From the NCBI GenBank assembly GCA_004431415.1, contig QPMI01000167.1, forward strand, positions 124,001 to 188,000: a stretch of 64,000 nucleotides of DNA, read 5' to 3'. This document shows positions 55,200-64,000 of the stretch, in pieces. This DNA is from Cyanophora paradoxa CCMP329. Taxonomy: Eukaryota; Plantae; Glaucophyta. Position 1 is the first letter of the stretch, and each line of letters begins with the position of its first letter. The notes below the pieces were generated by a model. The model had not been told where the DNA came from, did no database searches, and worked only from the letters and a program-made list of their open reading frames with translations. Made by a program: the position numbers and the translations under genes.

Positions 55200-57400
55200 A
55201 CCGGGGTTGAGGGACTTGCAATGGGCGAGAAGCTCTTCGGAGATGGAGGTGATGATCCTCGAGTCGGGTCTGGCAACTCGGACGTTCGACAGACAGCGGC
55301 GTGGGAAAATAGAGCTCACCTCGGCGACGGGTCGGTCGTCTGGGCATAGACGAGGATTGCTCGAAGGGCTGTGCACAGACAGACGAAGGGGTCTGAAGGG
55401 GCGGAAGGCGGAGCGCGGCAGGATGGCTAGTGAAAGGCGATGAGGAGGAGGTTGGAGGCGCGGTAGCCACGTTGGCGTCGGAGGAGCGGGGGCGCAAGTC
55501 GAGGTGTGGAAACTCGGAGGAGGGCAATTCGGAGGTGGCGCGGGAAGGCGACTGTGGGCCGCCAGAGAAGCGCAGGGAAAGGGCCATGCGGGCGCTGCTC
55601 GTCGCAGCAGTGCCACGAGTCGGGAGGGGTGCGCAGGTGGGGCTGTCAGCCTGGTCGTCCCACCATGCTGTCCGGGGAACAGAAGGCGGAACCGTGTCGA
55701 TCCCTCCGTGGCTCGCGGCCCTGAGTGACACACATTAATCGGCGAGCGATGCGCGAAACGCAGAGGGCGCGGCAGGACGTACGACTCTTGAAGCACTGGG
55801 GCACCCCGCCTGCGGGGCGCATCGGCCTCCCGCGCCCGGCGGCGGGCGCGCTCGCGCTTTGCAGCTTTCGCCCCGAGGTATTGCCGGTACACGGCCTGAA
55901 TTCTGCGTCCAGACGGTCGGGGCGTGCGGACGAGTCGAAAAAAAGTGGCACCGTAAGGCCGATTCGTTCGCTAGCAGAGCTCTTGCCCGTTCGCTCGCTC
56001 TCTGTGCATCTGCCGTTCGCCTCCCCAACCGGCCTTTCGTCGCGACCTGTGCGGAGCTGTATAAGAGGGCGCAATATTCAATTGGGCCGAAATGGCGAGC
56101 CTGAGCGGCAGACGACGCGCGCCCCATCTTGGACCGGAACATGGCAAGTCTGTTGGCCGTTAGCAATATGCGCGAGGGTGTACGCTTGGCGTGCAATGCA
56201 CTGGGAATCATGCACCTGGCGAGAAGCATCCTAGTCGCCGACTGAATGATCACTGCCGCGTATTCCTCCTCCTCCTTCGACTCGTTCAGGCGAGCGGGCG
56301 GGGCACCGCGGCAGGGTGGGGGTTCGAGTTGCCTGGCTTTTGATGTTCACGTACAGCTGGCGATAGTATTCATCATACGGGTGCTCCCAGATGCTCTCAT
56401 CCGATGCCGCGTCGTAGTAGTACACCGCCCCGTCCTCCGTCTGAAAAGCAGCACTCAGCAATGGAGGGAAGACAGCTGACAGGATCCGAGGCACCTCGTG
56501 CTGTGTCCATCCATCGGGAAGTGGTGCACCCAGCGCATACTCCGCGATCCACAGTAGATGCGAGTCCCACACTGGGTCCATCTGCAGCTAGCGTTACATG
56601 GGGCCCCCGCGTTCAGCCCGCCCCTATACTGGAACTCACTCCGATGACAGTTTTTGCGTACTCTAAAATCTCCTGCGAACGCAAAAAATGTGGGTGGGTT
56701 TTAGAAAAGAGCCGAACAACTCGTGCTCCGCGAATGAAATCGTCAGGTAGATCCTAAAAAACGCAACCTGAGCGGTAAACTCGGTCTCCTGCGATGCGGG
56801 TCAGGCATTCTGCTCGACAAGCTGCGGCATTCATGTGCACCGGAGCATTAGCCTGTTCCTGAAACGCGTCGAGCGCCCAACCAGTCTGCTCGGGAATTCC
56901 CCCGCTGGGGGACTTCGAAGTCGGACTGTGGGCCACGCTGTTCCGGTGCGAGCCCCTCGATGAGCCTCGAGACAGGGGACGCCGAGGGGCCGGAGACTGC
57001 GGTAGAGGGGGGGAAAAGCTTCCGGAGCCCGACTTCGGACTGCTTGGTACTTGAGACCCAGGCGAGCCCGGAACGCTTGGCGACAACCTAGCGCAGCGTT
57101 GGCCAAAGCGCTTGCGCGCGGTAGCCGAAGCGCGCGAGGGCATCAGGATCCAGCGCTTGCGCGGTTTGCGTTCGCGCACCTTGCATCCGACGACGCGCCC
57201 GGGCGCGCGGGGGCCGATCGTGGGTGACGCCGAAACCATTCCTTTACAAGCTGATCAAGCACCTGCGCGCGCCAGCGCTTAGCTAAGGCTGCAGCGGGTA
57301 CTTCGGCGCGGCGGCACCTCCTTCTCGGGCTTCTCTCGCGGGTTGGCCCGCAGAGGGCGGAGGTTGGCCCGTCGGCCGCCGGTCTCACCGCCCTTCCCAC
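55200..57400 (-). CDS. CEP164-like WW-domain protein with an IQ-like motif; ends uncertain
   Basis: EILEYAKTVIG|MDPVWDSHLLWIAEYALGAPLPDGWTQHE|TEDGAVYYYD..ESIWEHPYDEYYRQL matches the CEP164 N-terminal/WW module; AAVIIQSATRMLLAR is IQ-like. Confidence 0.7.
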
Positions 57401-58639
57401 CCCTCAACATGTGTCAGTGCATCGGCATTCGATCGCTGCCTCGTCAATCCCGCGCAGCTGTGCTGTACGCCGTTCCCCGTTCGGCGTTCGGCGTTCGGTC
57501 TGAACGGCGGTGAACCGTGAACCGTGAACGGCGACGCGGGGTACGCGGTACCGCGATACGGTTGAAGCTGCTTGAGTCGCCACCCTCTCCGTCTCCACCG
57601 CCTCCGCCTGTGCTCCCTGTTCATTGAGCTGCTCGCGTGTGCATCCCTGGAAGCGCACAGGCATCTCCGTGCCTGACTTATCAACCTGTAGCGCAGCAGC
57701 CGGCGCTGCATTGTGTGCGCTGCCTGTGTGCATTGGAGAAGCACAATAAGCTACGACGCAACACCAAACGACCAAACCGTCAACGCCTAGGGCCAGCAAG
57801 TCGAAGCCTGGCAATTCGATCTCTTCAATTCAGCAAGTCAATTCAGTTCGATCTAGCTCAGTATGGGGAACTGCTGGCCATCGCCAGGTTCGTTTTGTGC
57901 ATCGGCCGCGCGGTTCTCTCTAGCTGTCTAATGGCCGCGTTAGACAAGATCCCCATGGAAGAGGATGTGTGGAATGCACATGACGACGGTATGCGCCGGC
58001 CCCTCCCGCCCCGCCGGCCCCGCTCGCCCACCGCAAGACAAGCATTGACGACGCCATAGATTCGGACCACGGAAACGCAGACCGAACTAGCTCTTCTCAT
58101 CCATCACCTCTTTTCCCACGGAGCTCGCGTCCACTCAAGTACGTGCGAGGCAGCAAAGTAGAGAGCCCCTTGGAGCGCAGATGTAGATCTAGAGCTCCCG
58201 CCCAGCACCTTAGAAGATAAATACTTCCAACCGCTAAGCGCTCGTTCGTGGCCTGGGGTGAACCGGCATTAAACCAAAAGAGGGCTCTCTAGTATGCAAA
58301 AATCATGACTTCAGTGCTCGCTTGTTCATGGCCCGGGGTGAACCGAAACTAACCAACCTCAACAGTGTACAAGAAGGGCAACAAGGATTCATTCGGTGAT
58401 CCATTCGATCCTACAACTGGAGCCCCTTCTTGCGTCTGCTGAGTCATTTGGACACGAACTGAATCGGGAAGTCCGGGCTACAATCAAGTGTGAGATGTAC
58501 AGTGTGGCACAACGAGCTCACTCTGGACCAGCCGGGCCCTGCGTTGCCCTCTTAACTTTTAAAAGGGGAATAATGGGCCACCCACGGAACACTGGCTGAG
58601 ATGTGGGATCCGGAGCCTGGCGAATCGGGACAACACTAG

Positions 58640-58711
58640 GAGTTTCACATCGCCCACATAAACTTCTCCGACTGGGTTCTATCTGGGGACCGTCGAGTGC
58701 TGTTCTCTAGA
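58640..58711 (-). mobile_element. Relic of a LINE 3' UTR related to the element at 22542-24008
   Basis: gagtttcacatcgccca..ataaa..ctccgact..ctatc..ggaccgtcg..tgctgt..tag is shared with 22577-22645. Confidence 0.65.
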
Positions 58712-59022
58712 TTTTATTCTACGTTCTACTGGACCTGTATCTACAGGGTGAATCGGATAGGTCGGGTGTGAGGGGTCGAGGAAGAAGGGGGAGGACTCCA
58801 GGAAGGAAGAGGAGCTTGCAATTGGTGCCTCTGAGGCTCCGCCCCCGATAGGGACGGCTGTTCACCATGGCTGGGCCGCCCTGCTCCACTTTTCCATTAA
58901 CGACGTCGACGTCGACGCTAGTGCGATGGCCGGCTATATATAGCTAGTGCTCGACGCTCCTGCTATGAAACATGTACACGGGCGAGCGCGTCTCCCGTCT
59001 CAATTGCAAGTTGGCAACGGCT

Positions 59023-59059
59023 TGCGTTCAGCGTAGACAGAGCTAGCTAGCTGTGTACT
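59023..59059. repeat. 37-bp element identical to 61784-61820
   Basis: tgcgttcagcgtagacagagctagctagctgtgtact at both sites. Confidence 0.9.
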
Positions 59060-59312
59060 GTGCGAAAGCAAAAGCCAGCAAGCGCGCACAGGAGCGTCGG
59101 ATGCTTCTCGCCTACTCGATTCTCAACTTCATTTTCTTCATCCTGCTTTTCTCTATGGCCCTGTGCGCTTCGCCACCCTGGGCGACTTACGCCAGCTAAG
59201 ATCTGGCCTCTTGCATTGGCCGGCGGGAGACTCGCCGGGAGTCCGTGAATGGGTACCGTCCAACTTTCGTCCAACAACAAGCGAGATCAACGCAGCTAAG
59301 ATCTAGAGCGCG

Positions 59313-59839
59313 ATGGCAGGGAAAGACGGCGATGTCGAGCATCGGAAGCAGGTCATGGAGCTGCAAGGCAGGTTTATGGAGACGCAGCGGCAGCTGGTGG
59401 GTATCACAGCGCAGATTCAGATGCGCGATAGAGAAAAGAAGAAGACGGGGCTCACGCTCAAGGAGATCGACGAACTGCCGAAGGGTGTCAACACGTACAA
59501 GTCCATCGGCGCGCCCTGCTAGCGCTCACGCATGCCGCTGTGCGCTGACCCTTTCTTGCAGGGAAGATGTGCGCAGCGGCGGCGTCTTCCGCCGACGTCG
59601 GAATTGAAGTCCTCACGCCGCGCTGCAGGTTCCTTCTAACACCCACCGAGATGCTCGCCGCGGAGTTGAAATCGAGAATCGGGGATGCAGAGAAAGACAT
59701 ACAATCATTCTCGGTACGTTTCTTTGAGTTGCACCAGCAGGGCGGGCAGTTACACTGCACCGCGCAGAATTCCCGCGCATACCTGGAGCGGCAGCTGCGC
59801 GAGGTTGAGACACAGCTCCGGGAAATCACGCGCTCCTAG
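59313..59839 (+). CDS. PFDN1: Prefoldin subunit 1 (beta-type)
   Basis: MELQGRFMETQRQL..REKKKTGLTLKEIDELP..NTYKSIG|KM|FLL..AYLERQLREVETQLRE. Confidence 0.85.
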
Positions 59840-60684
59840 CTAGAACTTGTGTCGTTTGTGAAACGAATCCACAACATTTGGACACAGTCGCAAGGTCAAA
59901 TCGCCGGCCCCGCGGGCCCCGGCATTATTCCTCACGATCAGGGGGCGAGTGCAGGCAAAGTCTTGCCCGACCTAAGCCACCTGAGGCTATCTCTCCTAGC
60001 GTTCTCGCCGACAAGCTTGCTGTTGTAATTGAGCAAAGCTAGCCGAATTCGAAGAGCGAGCGTGCATGAATTCGGAGCTCGCCAGAGCTGGATGAACAGC
60101 AAGCCGGATATATAACCCGCAGCGATACGCAGCGCTTCTCGGTGCTATCAAGCAAAGCCAGGTGGATGTCCAAACGCTGGTGAGGAAGAACCAGCTTCGA
60201 CAGGCGAATTTGACGTCGACGAGCAACCTCCAACGCAATCGTGCGCCGCGCCGGCGCCCTGGTCTTCAAGCGCACCAACTTAGTCTTTGCATTTCGGCAG
60301 ATGCCCGGTTGATGCGCGGAAATGGATAAAAAGACGGCTTCGCCGCGTCCGGGTTTCACAGATCCACCTGTATCTAAGGACACGGCTCCCGAGGCGCACC
60401 TGCCCACGGCACGAGCGCATGGAAGGGGCAAGCCCAACCCTCCGACCAGTTTCAAGCCGAGCTGGATAGCCTTACGGCAGGCCTGCAGCAAGCGGTGAGA
60501 TCTTACACAACCGATGAGAAAATCCTCGTGGACGAAAGTCTCGAGTAGCAGCGACCACCTCGTAGAGGGCAGTGCTTGTGGGCTGGGCCTGCAGCGACGG
60601 CGGCCGCAGTGGACATCCCACACTTGCAGCCCGGACTTGTGGTTTGAATTCGTGTCCAAATGCGATCATTCAGAACAACACACA

Positions 60685-61660
60685 TCACAAGATCTTGTCC
60701 TCGAGCAGGGATACAAGCTCGGCTGCGAAACGATGTTGTGGGAACCTGACGGGTGAGGTTAGGAAGAGGACTGACAAGCACGCTGGAGCCATCACGGCGC
60801 ACCCCATCACATTGAAATAATCTCCATTCACTCCCCGGACAAAGCTGCCAGCCGCACCCTGAATGCCGTAGGCGCCAGCCTTGTCCATTGGATCTCCCGT
60901 GGCTATGTAAGCATGTATCAAGTCGCTGGATAGCTGCAGCATTTGGAATCAGAGAGATCATTTTAAAAAGACCGGTCCGCACACTGTTGCAAATTGCACT
61001 TCGGTGCGCTCTGCAAAGGCCCGGACAAGCGGCTCAGCATTCGAATCGCCTCGAGGCCGAGGGACAATTAGGGAGACGCCGGTGAAGACGTCGTGTGCGC
61101 GCCCGCTCAAGGAGGAGAGCATTTTGTGCGCATCCGACTCATCAAGGGGCTTCTCTGGGTCGCAGTTGGTCGTAATTTTGACGTGGGGATTTTTTACGAT
61201 TACCCAGAATCTTGCCATCCAAGACCACTACCGTGTCGGAGCCGATCAACAGGTGAGGTATTTGCACTTCAGGATGGCCAACACTGTTGGCAAGCAACCG
61301 CAACGCGACCTCCATCGCCTTATTCGTCGCATTCGCCTTGACGTACTCGGCCGGGGAGGGAAACGCGGCCTTGTCCTGCGAAGGCAGCTTAGCCCACAAG
61401 CCGAGACCTCGAGGAGACGCGAGGTCAGCGCGCGCACCATCGTCCTCTCGTCGAAGTTCGACACGGCGACCTCGAAGTTCAGGCCGAGGTTCGCCAGAAT
61501 CTCGCGCCGTCTGCGGAGCGCTCCGGCAAGCCGCGCGCGGACCGGAGCCTATCGAATCCTAGCGGAGCCCTACCGCTTCGGCTATCGAAGCGCACCTTGG
61601 TGAGCCCGACGCGAGGACCACGCGCAGCTGGGCCACTCGGCCCATGTACGGAAAGAGCAT
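60685..61660 (-). CDS. Maf-family nucleoside triphosphate pyrophosphatase
   Basis: VVLASGSPR|[31 protein letters not shown]|[36 protein letters not shown]|FP. Confidence 0.93.
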
Positions 61661-62280
61661 GCTTAGCTAAGCTAGAACAGCTCGGAAGCTGCGCGCCCGC
61701 GCTCGACGCGCTGGACCCGCTGCGCCGCGTATCGCTCTGGCGGCGGCGCACGAGCCACTACCCCGCGGATGTAGTCTGCAGTCTGCGTTCAGCGTAGACA
61801 GAGCTAGCTAGCTGTGTACTACGCCTGTCTGGGTTACACGTAGGGAGGTGCGGCCCTCGCCGTTGCAGCAAAGGGATGGCAGACGCAGCGGTAGAGCGAT
61901 AGCGAGCCGCGCTTGAGGGTGCCAAAAGTGGGCGGTGAGAGCCCGCACGCGAGGAGGCGGTACGTATACACGGAATACAAACGCGCTCGATGACCGTAGC
62001 GTACGCGCGCATGTCGCACGGCCGCACCGAGGGGGTGTTCATCTGCGCCTGCGTTGTGAAAGCTGGTGCGCGCGTCAGTGTGCGCAAGTGACTCTGAAAC
62101 ATTGACGGCGCAGTACAGTACCTCGGCCTAGACGTATGTGGCTGGGATTGATATCGGTCTGTTCTGCAGTCTGAAGACCGAGGCGGGTAGCTGTACCCAG
62201 CGCGGATCGTTCCAGGACGACGACGTTCCTCGACGTTCCTGCGCGCGAGTGTCTTGCTCTCTCAAGGTCTCAGCTGCAGA

Positions 62281-62786
62281 ATGGCGGGCAAGCCGGAATT
62301 CCAAATCGTCGAGGAAGCCGTTGGTGCCGTTCCGGTCGTCAACTTCGTGCGCTCCCTCATCCGCCCGCGGGCCTGCGCGGGCCGCCCCAGCGCACTCGCT
62401 GTGCACTAGGTGCCGCGCCCACACATCATTAGCTGATTCGCGTGCAGCTCTACCGGGGCGTCGCGTCGAATCTCGCCTTCCGGCGTGGTAGGACGTCCAG
62501 CTGCAGCCTCGCCGAACCTTTGGCTCAACGCGTGTCAACGCGTGCGTGTGCAGGAGATCAGGAGGAGCAGATGCGGCAGGAGGCGCTCGGCTCGCGTGCG
62601 GCGTGGAAGACAATCGCCAGCGCTATCTCGTGGTCGATCTGGGGGCGTGAGGGCGCGATTGCGGGCGCAGTTGTCGCAGAGGTGAGCGGCTAACACCTTT
62701 TCCACTGAAATCGCTTAGAGCGGTGCATGCAGATCGCGGACCGGCTAGGTGTAATGGAACCCCAGGGCCCGGCGCAGCAGCAGTAA
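62281..62786 (+). CDS. Small hypothetical protein, 4 exons, with a G/A-rich hydrophobic helix
   Basis: Phase-consistent GT-AG splicing gives MAGKPEFQIVEEAVGAVPVVNF|LYRGVASNLAFRRG|DQEEQ..WGREGAIAGAVVAE|IADRLGVMEPQGPAQQQ*. Confidence 0.55.
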
Positions 62787-63366
62787 GTAGGCACTGGTAG
62801 CTTCGTAACGCCATAAGTCCTTGACATTATATCGATGTATGGGGCTTCTTCAGCCCGTGTCCGCGGCATGCCTCGAGCACTAGCTTCTAGGTTCCTCTCG
62901 TCGTGTGGGCGTGTTCCTCTCGAAACGGCAGACTATCCTCGTTCCGCGTAGACAAATGATGTCTGCTGCGTAGACACGTGATGTTCTTATGTAGATATCT
63001 GCATTTCAGACGCGACCAACGACATCTGGACTAGCCTAGTAGCTGTTTGACTAGCAGCAAGTCGCCGGTCGACTAGGCACGTCGACTTCGAGTTCGAAAT
63101 CGAAACCGAGCGGCCGACTCGGCGAAACCGAAATCCGATGATCGAAGTATATTTGTATTGAGACACCGGGCTGAATATCAAAAGAGCAATGGTGCAGGCC
63201 TTGCACATGCCCGAGGGGAAGGACTGCTGCCCGAGAGGATCAAAATCCTAACGAGCCCCGGCCCGGAGACCGGTACCGGGCCTCCCCCGCTCCCCATGGG
63301 GATCGCAAAAGGAGGAGCCGCATCGCATCGCTTCAGAAGCTATCAATGCACAGCAGCAGCAGAGGC

Positions 63367-64000
63367 TCACGCCCCCTTCGCCTCCCCAGACGCTGTTTGC
63401 TGGAATGCCGCACCAACCAGGCCCCGCAGAAGGAAGAGCGGCCGCTCATCGCTCGCGTCGCTTTCGGACAGGGCGCGGAGCGCAGTCACAGCCGCTGGAG
63501 CGCCCCGCATCATGTTCTCCCGCTGCGCCGATCAGAAGAAGCCACGCCGGCCCAGCGGCGCCTGCTCGGAGGAAGCGGAGGACGCACCGCTTGTTGCAAC
63601 TGTGACGCTTGGTGCTCCACGTTGGCGAGGCGATCTTCGATCTCGGATTTCTCGGCGCGACGTCCTCGGACGTCGTAGTACCACTTGCCGCCGAGAAGGA
63701 ATCCGCAGAGCACGATAAATAGATCTGCGTGATGCTCGAGCCTGGCGCGGGCTCAAGTTGGGTGCGGACTGCGAACACCTAGGTAGTTCTTCCTCAGCGC
63801 CTTCCGCTGCTCTGCTTGGAGATCCTCCATCCGGGCTTTAACTACTGGATGCCTCTCCATAGACTGCGAGATCTCGCGCTGGAGCTGCCCGAGCTCCCTG
63901 CGCATGGGTCAGAAGCACGCGGCATGCAAGCAGCACGTGTACAGCAACGAACTCCTGAGTCATGCCACGCGCATTAACGGCATCCATTGCTTCCCGGATC
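63367..64000 (-). CDS. 3' part of a hypothetical single-TM/coiled-coil protein running off the window
   Basis: Exons ELGQLQREISQSMERHP..RKNYL|DLFIVLCGFLLGGKWYY..LQQA|RENMMRG..KGA* with canonical splice sites. Confidence 0.5.

Noticed and set aside
57931-58220. Possible small two-exon gene (MAALDKIPMEEDVW..)
   Set aside because: The splice is plausible, but the product has no recognisable features and runs into repeat-relic sequence.
60039-60659. 206-aa minus-strand ORF downstream of Maf
   Set aside because: No recognisable motif and no convincing start or splice model; left unannotated.
1-64000. tRNA, rRNA or snRNA genes
   Set aside because: None recognised by eye; a covariance-model search would be needed to exclude them.

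Overview
Eukaryotic nuclear DNA: very GC-rich, gene-dense and intron-rich (many 50-130 nt introns), so the six-frame ORF track is mostly misleading. Genes below were rebuilt by hand-splicing, and their coordinates are approximate spans. About 22 protein genes are present: GLTP-domain, TTLL12-like, ABCG half-transporter, CCDC81-like, multi-C2HC zinc finger, Myb/DUF3755, RBM45-like, NUDT5-like, mercaptopyruvate sulfurtransferase, M20 amidohydrolase, frataxin, RUS/DUF647, TPR protein, BT1 folate-biopterin transporter, BPI/LBP-like, PSMA5, calmodulin-like, CEP164-like WW, prefoldin 1, Maf and hypotheticals. Plant-type genes, flagellar/centriolar genes and Phe-initiated transit-peptide-like N-termini (MAFV, MFSV, MFVG, MGSF) suggest a flagellated alga, possibly a glaucophyte such as Cyanophora (inference only). 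Main discoveries: (1) a pervasive micro-insertion signature, X -> X.revcomp(X).X, read directly from four independent comparisons, which would explain the palindrome-saturated intergenic DNA and the (X.rcX)n microsatellites; (2) a 5'-truncated LINE fragment flanked by apparently identical 696-bp direct repeats and fused in frame to a host exon; (3) very frequent GC-AG introns, C-rich/G-rich introns without a pyrimidine tract, and 6-7 nt microexons; (4) an ABCG gene capped and flanked by duplicated CCDC81 fragments; (5) an abrupt switch to extreme GC about 0.5-1 kb into long genes. Single-base frameshifts in G/C homopolymers are treated as probable sequencing errors.
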